Positions 49,860 through 58,607 of a stretch of DNA of 64,000 nt are shown one piece after another. The stretch is taken from positions 32,001 through 96,000 of the forward strand of contig JAYEOW010000004.1 of the NCBI GenBank assembly GCA_034723395.1, written 5' to 3'. Under the pieces are notes generated by a model. That model was not told where the DNA came from and made no database searches. It saw only the letters and a list, made by a program, of their open reading frames with translations. The DNA is from Candidatus Margulisiibacteriota bacterium. Its GTDB lineage: Bacteria > Margulisbacteria > WOR-1 > O2-12-FULL-45-9. Position numbers and translations under genes: made by a program. Position 1 is the first letter of the stretch, and each line of letters begins with the position of its first letter.

Positions 49860-51544
49860 AGGTTGGCAATAAACGATCTGCTTCCGTAGATCGGTATTTC
49901 GCCCGCATCCTTTCCACACAGCTTCAGGCTGATCCATCTGAAGAAATTATCGCTATAATCAGCTTCGGCAAGCTTAAATGAGTTTATAAAACTTAAGAAT
50001 TCCGCAGGATGATCGGCATATTGTCCCGCTAATTCGATTAATTTACGAAATATATTTACACCTGACGCGGCATTGATTTTTAACGCCCGATAGAGAATAA
50101 TAATAAATGGGCCAAGATACATCGGGACGGATTGTTCTATTTTCTCATATTTCTTCTCCAGCCCTTCACTGCTTATCTTTGCCAATATCTCCCTTTTAAT
50201 CCCATTAATAAAGGTCACCGCATCGCCAAATTTTAAAATTCTCCCGCTCATTAGCCACAACAGCGCCCTTTGCCCTAGAAGGACCCGATCCCATTTACTA
50301 ATCCCCTCTTTCCCGCCGTTATAAGGGACGATCCCTTTTTTGATCAAATGTTCGACGCCGAACCAAACCAGCTTTAATTCATTTATATTAAAATACTTCT
50401 TTAGGTTATACAAATAAGCTTCGCTGTTTTTTAATATCTTTCCCAACGCGTCTAAAATGACCTTATCTCTCCCTTCCCTGCGCAGTTCAGCGATCGCTTC
50501 TGCGTATGAGAATACTTTCTTCGTTGATATTTTTCCACCACGCATCTGCTTGTATTCCCCGGTCCCTTTCTTATATTCGCGGTTACTGGTCATCCCGTCA
50601 AAGGCATCCGCAATTTGCAATATCTGAATACAGGTTTTCACGCGATTAGGCAATTTATCATAACCATTGGATAACCAAGCGGGATAACCGCCGATCATAT
50701 CATGATGGTGCTGAATTATTGGAACAACATTTCTAAGCCATCTGATCCCGCTTAATAGATAAACTGTAATCGGCAAATGCTCTTTTATTAAACCAAAAAC
50801 TTCATCAGAAGGCCTGGGCGTGGTTAGCTGCTCCCTGGTCAGCGCCATTTTCCCCACATCATGTAATAACGCAGCAGTTTTAAGCCATTGATACCTTCTG
50901 GCATTTTTATATACACCAGTTTCTATCGCAATAACCGAAGACAATAAAGTAACTGCGCCAAAATGGACAACGCTCCCTTTATGGTTATGAATATTCCCCT
51001 TGATTAAGATATTAATGATAAAATCGGCAAATTCACCGTCCCCTTTTTCCGAGAGATTAGCAAGCTCAAGAAACCTTGCCGCCGCGTCTTGGACAAACCG
51101 GGATGCTTCTTCTTTCCCGAGAGATACGGTTATTTTTGCGATCCCTTCCAGATCTTTTCTTAATTCTTCTCCAATCTCCCCCTCGATCTCTCCGGGCGTT
51201 ATCCCCGCCTCATCCAGGATTCTGTTTAATTGCCTTGATCCGCCGTCCATTTTAATCTTTTCGATCAACCAACAGGTATTGGTTAAGATCGATTTTTTGG
51301 GCAACCGGCTGCCAAGCTCCTCCAGGTCGACCGCGTCAAGGTCGATCGCAAGGTTGCTTAAGCGGAGGCCTGAATTAGCAATGGTAAGGATCTTCTTCCC
51401 GTTATTCCACCCGGCGGTAAATCTTCCGCGGGCGCGTAAAATCTTCCCTTTGGATATGAATAGAACTCCAGCGTCCTGCAGGCGCTTTATCGCAACAGCA
51501 GTCGGCAATATTCTTATATTCCTGATACTTTTTACGAAAGACAC
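49853..51544 (-). CDS. HD-GYP-like phosphohydrolase with unknown flanking domains
   Basis: AALLHDVGK, IKEH, HHHD..GGYP, IADAFDGMTSNREY. Confidence 0.8.
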   Translation of the reverse strand: MSFVKSIRNIRILPTAVAIKRLQDAGVLFISKGKILRARGRFTAGWNNGKKILTIANSGLRLSNLAIDLDAVDLEELGSRLPKKSILTNTCWLIEKIKMDGGSRQLNRILDEAGITPGEIEGEIGEELRKDLEGIAKITVSLGKEEASRFVQDAAARFLELANLSEKGDGEFADFIINILIKGNIHNHKGSVVHFGAVTLLSSVIAIETGVYKNARRYQWLKTAALLHDVGKMALTREQLTTPRPSDEVFGLIKEHLPITVYLLSGIRWLRNVVPIIQHHHDMIGGYPAWLSNGYDKLPNRVKTCIQILQIADAFDGMTSNREYKKGTGEYKQMRGGKISTKKVFSYAEAIAELRREGRDKVILDALGKILKNSEAYLYNLKKYFNINELKLVWFGVEHLIKKGIVPYNGGKEGISKWDRVLLGQRALLWLMSGRILKFGDAVTFINGIKREILAKISSEGLEKKYEKIEQSVPMYLGPFIIILYRALKINAASGVNIFRKLIELAGQYADHPAEFLSFINSFKLAEADYSDNFFRWISLKLCGKDAGEIPIYGSRSFIANLQ

Positions 51545-51577
51545 GGGTCCCCCTTTCGAATAGAGACTCTAATAAGC

Positions 51578-51605
51578 ATATCGCTAAATAGTGGGGCCAA
51601 TTTCA
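51578..51605 (-). promoter_or_regulatory. Sigma28-like promoter motif
   Basis: TGAAATT-N13-AGCGATAT. Confidence 0.55.
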
Positions 51606-52319
51606 GAGGGTTTTGATCGTTTGTGTCAAAAGTCTGGAAAGCAAGTTTTTTTTCTCTTTCATCATCTTAAAGACCTCTTTTGAGGTTATTTTTTTGGGCT
51701 TGATCCCGGCCGCGTAATTTGTTACCACCGCGATCACCGCGTAAGGGATCTGCGCTTCGACGGCTAAAACCACTTCGGCCGCCTGGGTCATCCCCACCAC
51801 ATCCGCCCCCATTTTACCGAACATTTTAATCTCCGCCCTGCTCTCAAAACGCGGCCCCTCGGTACATACATAGGTCGCTTTTTTATCGACCTTTAGCTTT
51901 AATTTGCCGGCAGCGCTTAATATCTTATCGGTCAATTGCCGGTCATAAGGAGAGCTGACATCAATAAATGCGTTTTCACTAAATGTCTCATGCCTTCTTT
52001 TAGTAAAATCGATAAAGTCATCTAATACGGCAAAATCACCCGGTTTCATTTTCGGGCTGATGCATCCAACCGCGGCGGTTGCAATAATACGGCCCACTCC
52101 GAGTTTTTTTAGGGCGGCAACATTTCCTCGATAATTAACCTGGTATGGTAAAACGTAATGTTCACCGTGGCGCCTGATAAAAAAGATTTCTTTACCAGCA
52201 ACTTCACCATGCTCTATTTTTATCGGTCCGTATCCGGTTTTAATTGTTTTCGTCTTGAACCCTTTAGAAAAAAGAAGCCCCTCCACCCCCGAACCGCCAA
52301 TTATTCCTACCTTAGCCAT
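51603..52319 (-). CDS. mtnP: MTAP-family nucleoside phosphorylase, probably methylthioinosine-specific
   Basis: GIIGGSG, RHG, NYRGN, EGPRFESRAE, VVGMT, VTNYAAG (Asn typical of 6-oxopurine preference). Confidence 0.85.
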   Translation of the reverse strand: MAKVGIIGGSGVEGLLFSKGFKTKTIKTGYGPIKIEHGEVAGKEIFFIRRHGEHYVLPYQVNYRGNVAALKKLGVGRIIATAAVGCISPKMKPGDFAVLDDFIDFTKRRHETFSENAFIDVSSPYDRQLTDKILSAAGKLKLKVDKKATYVCTEGPRFESRAEIKMFGKMGADVVGMTQAAEVVLAVEAQIPYAVIAVVTNYAAGIKPKKITSKEVFKMMKEKKNLLSRLLTQTIKTL

Positions 52320-53611
52320 TCTTTTATTCTCCTTGCGAAAAAGTTTGCCCGATCGATAATTTCATCTTCATCAATCGTTAAAATATCGCGGTTTTCCATC
52401 ACTAATTTACCATTAACAATCACCGTATCAACTTCCGACCCGCCAGCTGAATAAACCAGCTGGGAATACACATTATATAAAGGGGTAAGATGCGGTCGAT
52501 CAAGATCGATCAGTATAATATCTGCCGTTTTGCCAATCTCAATCGATCCGATATCCGGTTTTTGAAGGACCTTAGCCCCATCAGTAGTAGCCATCCGCAG
52601 AACATCCTTAGCATTCATTACCGTCGGATCACTTCTCATTAACTTGTGAACTTTTGCTACCGCATCCATCTCATCAAACATATCTAAATTATTATTCGAA
52701 GCCGCCCCGTCTGTCCCCAAACCGACTAATATCCCCTCATCCATTAATTCAACAATCGGAGCACTTCCCGAAGCAAGCTTCATATTGCTCTCCTGGCAGT
52801 GAGAAACCTTCACTTTATGTTTTTTTAATAATTTAATATCATCATGGCTTAGATGGACACAATGGACCGCCTTTACTCTTTCCGAAAGGAATCCGATATT
52901 TTCAAGATGCTCAACCGGGGAACATCCCCGGTTTTTTCTCGACTCGGCTACTTCAGAAGCAGTTTCGGAAACATGGATATGAAGCGGGAGATCAAGTTTC
53001 TCAGCCAAAGCCTGTGCCTTTTTAAGATTATCCGGATTGCAGGTATAAGGAGTATGGGGAGCAACTTCCAGATGAATAAGCTCGTCCCTTCCCCACCTTT
53101 CATAAAGTTTTTCAATATATTCGAGTGAATCTTCTACCGTTGGAGAATCAGGTGTTGGAAAATCGAGAATTCCCTCTCCCAAAAATGCGCGGATCCCGAT
53201 CTTCTTGCAAACCTCCGCCGCATCATCTTCGAAAAAGTACATATCCGAGAAAGAGGTCGTCCCCGACTTGATCATCTCGATCGCCGCCAGTGAAACGCCA
53301 ATCCGCACATATTCCGGGTCTCCGAATTTCTTTTCGATCGGGAAGATAAATTTCTGCCACCAGATCTGGAGCGGCATATCGTCAGCGATCCCGCGCAGCA
53401 AGGTCATCGCCGCATGGGTGTGGGTATTGACCAAGCCCGGCATTACTAATTTACCAGCTGCGTCAATTACTTTATCGGCCCTATATTTTGTCTGTGGAGA
53501 AATATCTACAATATTCGGCCCGGAAATAACTATGTCGGCCTTCTCGTGGAGGGTAAGTTTCTCGTCCATCGTGAGGATCATTCCGTTCGTTATAATTATG
53601 TCGGCCTTCAT
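52307..53611 (-). CDS. mtaD: 5-methylthioadenosine/SAH deaminase (amidohydrolase)
   Basis: PGLVNTHTH, APHTPY, HIHVSET, HCVH, SNMKLASG, GTDGAASNN; coupled to mtnP. Confidence 0.85.
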   Translation of the reverse strand: MKADIIITNGMILTMDEKLTLHEKADIVISGPNIVDISPQTKYRADKVIDAAGKLVMPGLVNTHTHAAMTLLRGIADDMPLQIWWQKFIFPIEKKFGDPEYVRIGVSLAAIEMIKSGTTSFSDMYFFEDDAAEVCKKIGIRAFLGEGILDFPTPDSPTVEDSLEYIEKLYERWGRDELIHLEVAPHTPYTCNPDNLKKAQALAEKLDLPLHIHVSETASEVAESRKNRGCSPVEHLENIGFLSERVKAVHCVHLSHDDIKLLKKHKVKVSHCQESNMKLASGSAPIVELMDEGILVGLGTDGAASNNNLDMFDEMDAVAKVHKLMRSDPTVMNAKDVLRMATTDGAKVLQKPDIGSIEIGKTADIILIDLDRPHLTPLYNVYSQLVYSAGGSEVDTVIVNGKLVMENRDILTIDEDEIIDRANFFARRIKEWLR

Positions 53612-53636
53612 ATTTTTAGTACCGACGCGCCCAATG

Positions 53637-54479
53637 CTAACCTTTTAATACTTCACGCGCAATCCCCACATGTATCTTTTTATCCCCTATTTTAACGCCC
53701 TTCGCTTTTATTTCGATGTTTATCCTTTTACCGTCTTTGCGGATGACCTCAAGCTCCTCCGGACCATAGGAACCCCTAATGGTAATTTTTGGAATAATTT
53801 CAGCTATTTTAAGGATCTGATCGGTCGAAAGAAGATGGGTCATATCCTTAAAAGACATCCCCTTGAGCTCTTCAACCTTATAACCGATCAGTTCCTCGAC
53901 ATATTTATTGCAGTCGAGCAATCTCCCCTCCCTATCCACCAAATAGATCGCCTCCTGTACCGACTCGAAGACCGCTCTGAATTTTTCTTCGGAGACCTTC
54001 ACTTCATCTTCCATTTTTTTGCGCTCGGTCAGGTCTCTCAAGATCGCCATATCACCAACGATCTTGCCATCCTCATAAATCGGCGCCGCATTTATCTCGG
54101 TTTGAACAGGTTCGCCGCTCTTCCGCTTAAGCCGCACCTCATAAGGAGGAACAAATTTACCGCGCATCCGGTCAAAGAAATTTTTTAACACGATCGCTTT
54201 GTTCTTTATATCGAAGATCCCTAAAAAGGCCAGGTTCTCGCCTTCAAGCTCTTCTTTTGAATATCCGCTGGCCACGGAAAGTTGTTTATTTATCTGAAGG
54301 ATCTTCCCTTTTCTATCAAAGATAACGATCGGATCCCCCGCGTTGTCGATCAGGTTTAGATACTTTTCCTCACTCCGCCTCAATTGTTTTTCAAGCTTTC
54401 CATATTCGACCACCATATTCTCAAGCTCTTTTAATCGCTCTCGCTGGCTCCGATACTCTTCATCCGGAATTTCTACCAT
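53637..54479 (-). CDS. Tandem PAS-domain protein with no output domain
   Basis: Coiled coil plus two PAS domains (SEEKY..LIDNA.D; RDLTERK; SEEKFRAVFES); promoter TTGACT-N17-TATAAT and SD GGAGG. Confidence 0.85.
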   Translation of the reverse strand: MVEIPDEEYRSQRERLKELENMVVEYGKLEKQLRRSEEKYLNLIDNAGDPIVIFDRKGKILQINKQLSVASGYSKEELEGENLAFLGIFDIKNKAIVLKNFFDRMRGKFVPPYEVRLKRKSGEPVQTEINAAPIYEDGKIVGDMAILRDLTERKKMEDEVKVSEEKFRAVFESVQEAIYLVDREGRLLDCNKYVEELIGYKVEELKGMSFKDMTHLLSTDQILKIAEIIPKITIRGSYGPEELEVIRKDGKRINIEIKAKGVKIGDKKIHVGIAREVLKG

Positions 54480-54560
54480 AATTCACCTCCAGATAAATTA
54501 TATTAGAAGAGTTGACCGGAGTCAAATCAGGTATGACATATGATATACTAATTAGTAGAA

Positions 54561-55094
54561 ATGAACCTGAAAAAAGCGGCTAAGACCCTTAAATCCGGCG
54601 GAATAATCGCCTTCCCTACCGAAACAGTATTTGGAATCGGCGCTTGTCTGGATCAACCCGAAGCAATCAAGCAGATTTTTAAGATTAAGAAGCGATCATG
54701 CAAAAAACCGCTGCAAATCTTGATCGGAAATATGCGCCAGGCAAAGAAACTCGGCAAATTCAGTAAACGGGCCTTGGAATTGGCCAAAGCTTGGCCGGGG
54801 CCATTGACCTTGGTAATCTATAAAACCGGAAAAGTTCCAAAATTAGTCACGGGGGGAAGCAAAAAAGTCGGTTTAAGGATGCCGGATCACAAAACAATCC
54901 TTAATTTAATTAAAAAATGCGGACCGATCGTTGCTACATCGGCTAATAAGGCAGGGGAAAAACCAGCCTTAACCGTTAAGGCGGTCAAAAAAAACCTCCC
55001 AGAGATAGATTTTGTCATCCCTGGAAGGGTTAAAAGCGGCAAAGCGTCAAAAGTGGTCGACGCCACCGGAAAACCAAAAACGCTTAGAGGCTAA
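54561..55094 (+). CDS. tsaC: Threonylcarbamoyl-AMP synthase (YrdC/TsaC)
   Basis: AFPTETVFGIG, KKR...KPL, WPGPLT, GLRMP, ATSAN. Confidence 0.93.
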   Translation: MNLKKAAKTLKSGGIIAFPTETVFGIGACLDQPEAIKQIFKIKKRSCKKPLQILIGNMRQAKKLGKFSKRALELAKAWPGPLTLVIYKTGKVPKLVTGGSKKVGLRMPDHKTILNLIKKCGPIVATSANKAGEKPALTVKAVKKNLPEIDFVIPGRVKSGKASKVVDATGKPKTLRG

Positions 55095-56337
55095 GCCTCA
55101 GCTCATAATACTGCGATTCTTCGATCTGCTGTGTGCTTGGATTATAGACCTTCTTATAATGAACGACTACCTTGGTGAATGGATTCACCGGATAAGCGGC
55201 CGATCCTCCGATAATTGCCCCCTCCTCTAAAGAAAGAGATCTAAAATCGGTAAAGCTCGGCTGTTTATAATAACCGGTAACTTCAATATCCTGTGGTAAT
55301 TTTGCAAACAGCTCCCCTTCCACCCCGGCATCACTCTCATTATAATTTTCGTAAACCAGTTTAAGATAGGCCATATCCATCACTTTTAACCCAGCCTGGG
55401 CCAAATAGCCATTCTTAACATTCCCTGACACTTCGGCGGAAGATAAACTTACCGGATTAACCTCATAATCAGAATCAAAATACCCGGGTACGAAATTACT
55501 GTCTAAAAACCTATATTCCGCCAGAAAATTAGCTTGCGCAATAAAAAAGTCCTGGTCCCATCCGATCCCCGACGAAAAGCCGCTCCCGTGATCAACTAAA
55601 TGCGCATACTCGGCATATCCTTCAAATCCCCAGGGAAGTGGAACAGTTGCGTCCACTCCGTAAGCGGACACTTTTTGTATTTCCGTAGTCCCGGCAAGGG
55701 TAACACCATCAGAATCATTGAGATAGGTCTGCCCCAAAGTAAGCATGGGATGGACCCTCTCCTCTACCCTTGCCCCATAGATCCCGCTGCCGGTTTTAAG
55801 CCCGCGCACAACATATTGATCCATATCGACATATCCCTTAAAGGCAAGCTGTTCGTTATTTAGGAGGATCGGCCCGGTGGCAACAGTCGAATAATCTTTC
55901 ATTAATAAACCATGGCCCCAGGTTAAATTTTGGATGGTCCCGTAGCGCAATCCTTTTTTACCGTCATCATACTCAACATAACGCATGACAAAATTCTCAT
56001 ATTCCGGCGGCCTGACTTCGCTTAAAGTTATGTTGACATCAAACCCCAACCCCCAGGGACCTAATTTAAAATCAGGGTGCCAGGCAAGGTTGGCGACCTC
56101 ATCAGTCCCGACTTTTAGATAACCAAGGCTTAATCCCCCGATATTTGAAACGAGCTTAGTCGCAGTATCTGTATCAGTCCCACCAGTAGTAGTAACTGAG
56201 AGTGAAGAATCCTGAGCTATGGCCGAATTAAATCCAAATATCAAAATCCAAAATCCAAATAAAATCCAAAATCCAAATCTTTTAATTGATTTGGAATTAA
56301 AATATTTATTTGTCATTTGCCATTTGTCATTTGTCAT
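55084..56337 (-). CDS. Hypothetical exported protein, probable outer-membrane beta-barrel
   Basis: SD GGAGG before ATG 56337; signal peptide ending SAIA|Q; alternating aromatic strands, C-terminal YYELRLSL. Confidence 0.7.
   Translation of the reverse strand: MTNDKWQMTNKYFNSKSIKRFGFWILFGFWILIFGFNSAIAQDSSLSVTTTGGTDTDTATKLVSNIGGLSLGYLKVGTDEVANLAWHPDFKLGPWGLGFDVNITLSEVRPPEYENFVMRYVEYDDGKKGLRYGTIQNLTWGHGLLMKDYSTVATGPILLNNEQLAFKGYVDMDQYVVRGLKTGSGIYGARVEERVHPMLTLGQTYLNDSDGVTLAGTTEIQKVSAYGVDATVPLPWGFEGYAEYAHLVDHGSGFSSGIGWDQDFFIAQANFLAEYRFLDSNFVPGYFDSDYEVNPVSLSSAEVSGNVKNGYLAQAGLKVMDMAYLKLVYENYNESDAGVEGELFAKLPQDIEVTGYYKQPSFTDFRSLSLEEGAIIGGSAAYPVNPFTKVVVHYKKVYNPSTQQIEESQYYELRLSL
56230..56337 (-). repeat. 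Two heptamer arrays encoding the signal peptide
   Basis: (ATGRCAA)x4 followed by about six WTTTGGA-like units. Confidence 0.85.
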
Positions 56338-56347
56338 TATAAGCCTC

Positions 56348-57952
56348 CTAATGTTTGAAGTGTCTTCGACCGGTAAAGACCATCGCAATCTCGAGTTCGT
56401 TCGCTTTATCGATTGACTCCTGGTCGCGTTTTGATCCCCCCGGCTGGATGATCGCTGCTATACCATACCTCCCGGCAAATTCTACAACATCCGGAAACGG
56501 AAAGAAAGCATCCGAGGCTAAAATTCCACCTTTAACATCGCTCCGCGAACGCTTCACTGCCAGTTCGGCTGCATCAATCCGGCTCATCTGCCCCGCTCCT
56601 ACCCCGATCGCCTTGCCATTCTTTATGATCACGATCGCATTCGACTTAACGTGTTTAACAACTCCCCAGGAAAAGAAGAGATCTTCCATCTGCGCCATCG
56701 ATGGCTGTTTCTTGGTTACCACTTTAAAATCAGTTACCGCCAGCTGGGCAATATCCGGGTCCTGGACAAGAATACCACCACTCACCCGTTTGTAATCCAT
56801 TCCCCTGAATTGCTTGCCCAAGGCCGCTTCTCCCATATCCATGATACGCAGGTTTTTCTTCTCCTTTAGGACGCTCAGCGCTCCGGCTGAATATCCGGGG
56901 GCGATCACGATCTCAACAAATAGTTTAACGATCTCTTTTGCGGTAGCTTCATCGATCTCCCGGTTCGCGGCTACAATCCCTCCAAAGGCAGAGACCGGAT
57001 CGCAGTCGAGCGCCTTTTTGTAAGCAGAATGGAGGGTTTCACCCTTCGCCAATCCGCAGGGATTCGTATGTTTAACGATCGCTACTGTAGTGTCGGCAAA
57101 ATAGTTTGCTGCCGCCCACGCCGCATCCATATCGACAATATTATTGAAAGACAACTCTTTCCCGTGCAGCTGTTTCGCATTAGTGATTGCTGACCCCATA
57201 TCCTCAGTTGCCGCCTCTTTATAAAAAGCGGCTTTTTGGTGCGGGTTTTCCCCATAACGGAGGTCTTGGACTTTTTTCAATTGGATCGTTTTGCTCTCCG
57301 GGAATGCTTCTTCGCTGCCGAACATAGTTGAAAAATATTTAACGATAACCGTATCATAATATTTTGTATGCGCAAAAGCTTTATAGGCCAATCTTTGTTT
57401 GGTCTCCGCGCTAAGCGCTCCACCGCTCCCTTTCAACTCATCGATGATCTTTCCGTAATCTCCCGGATCGACCACAATCGCCACACTTTTACTATTTTTG
57501 GCGGCGGCGCGGACCATACACGGCCCCCCGATATCGATATTTTCAATCGCGTCTTCATAAGTGCATCCCTCTTTGCTGATCGTGCTTTCAAATGGGTAAA
57601 GATTGCAAACTACGACCTGAAAAGGATTGATCTTAAATTTCTTAAGCTCTTTCATGTGCGCAGGATTGGTTTGATCGGCCAAAATTGCCCCATGAATGAT
57701 CGGATGGAGAGTTTTTACCCTTCCATCCAACATATGAGGGTATTTCGTAAGTCCCGACACCTCTTTTACTTTTATCCCCGCTTTCTTTAAAAACTTCGCT
57801 GTCCCGCCAGACGAAATGATCTCAAACCCAAGTTTTTTCAACCCTTTCGCAAACTTATCGAGACCTTTCTTATCTGAAACCGACAGCAATGCATATTTTT
57901 TGCCGTTTCCTGTTTCCCGTTTCCTGTTCCCCAGTTTTTTCTTAGCTATCAT
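56348..57952 (-). CDS. purH: AICAR transformylase/IMP cyclohydrolase
   Basis: ALLSVSDK, GRVKTLHP, IDIGG, RYGENPHQ, KHTNPCG, SDAFFPF, RHFKH. Confidence 0.98.
   Translation of the reverse strand: MIAKKKLGNRKRETGNGKKYALLSVSDKKGLDKFAKGLKKLGFEIISSGGTAKFLKKAGIKVKEVSGLTKYPHMLDGRVKTLHPIIHGAILADQTNPAHMKELKKFKINPFQVVVCNLYPFESTISKEGCTYEDAIENIDIGGPCMVRAAAKNSKSVAIVVDPGDYGKIIDELKGSGGALSAETKQRLAYKAFAHTKYYDTVIVKYFSTMFGSEEAFPESKTIQLKKVQDLRYGENPHQKAAFYKEAATEDMGSAITNAKQLHGKELSFNNIVDMDAAWAAANYFADTTVAIVKHTNPCGLAKGETLHSAYKKALDCDPVSAFGGIVAANREIDEATAKEIVKLFVEIVIAPGYSAGALSVLKEKKNLRIMDMGEAALGKQFRGMDYKRVSGGILVQDPDIAQLAVTDFKVVTKKQPSMAQMEDLFFSWGVVKHVKSNAIVIIKNGKAIGVGAGQMSRIDAAELAVKRSRSDVKGGILASDAFFPFPDVVEFAGRYGIAAIIQPGGSKRDQESIDKANELEIAMVFTGRRHFKH
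57903..57932 (-). repeat. Heptamer tandem repeat in the purH N-terminus
   Basis: GGGAACA GGAAACG GGAAACA GGAAACG. Confidence 0.8.
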
Positions 57953-58551
57953 AGTACCCTTACTTTTCTCCCTTCTATTTTTAACTTCCCCTCAGCAAAT
58001 AATTTTATCGCCTGGGGATAAATCCTATGTTCCTGTTCCAGAATCCGAGCAGATAAGGTTTCCTCTGTATCATTTTCCAACACAGGAACCGCCGCTTGGA
58101 TAACAATCGGTCCGGTATCACATCCTTCATCGACAAAATGGACAGTTGCTCCAGAGATTTTTACTCCATGCTCAAGCGCCGCTTTCTGGACATGTAATCC
58201 TGGAAAAGATGGGAGGAGCGCCGGATGGATATTCAGCAGCTTACCTTGAAAATGCTCAAGCAGGACTTCTCCTGCAATCCTCATGTAACCAGCCAGACAG
58301 ACTAGATCAACTTTATGCTGCTTTAAGACCTTAACGATCTCCAGCTCATAAGTATTCTTATCTTGAAACTTCTTCGGTTCAAACACTGCAGTAGGAATTC
58401 CATGCTTTTTTGCCCTCTCCAACCCAAAAGCATTTGGCTTATTGGAAATCACCATCGCGACTTTGGCCGGAACATTTCCGCGCTCCGAAGCATCAATAAT
58501 CGCCTGGAGATTTGACCCTTTTCCTGAAATTAACATTCCAATGTTTATCAT
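57949..58551 (-). CDS. purN: Phosphoribosylglycinamide formyltransferase
   Basis: ISGKGSNLQA, LAGYMR, NIHPALLP, GATVHFV, DTGP. Confidence 0.97.
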   Translation of the reverse strand: MINIGMLISGKGSNLQAIIDASERGNVPAKVAMVISNKPNAFGLERAKKHGIPTAVFEPKKFQDKNTYELEIVKVLKQHKVDLVCLAGYMRIAGEVLLEHFQGKLLNIHPALLPSFPGLHVQKAALEHGVKISGATVHFVDEGCDTGPIVIQAAVPVLENDTEETLSARILEQEHRIYPQAIKLFAEGKLKIEGRKVRVL

Positions 58552-58607
58552 TTTAATAATATGACACCTCGTGCTGAAGCACTTCGGTGCGAAGCATTAA
58601 TTCGTCA

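Noticed and set aside
56230..56337. CRISPR array
   Set aside because: 7-nt tandem units without spacers; no cas operon
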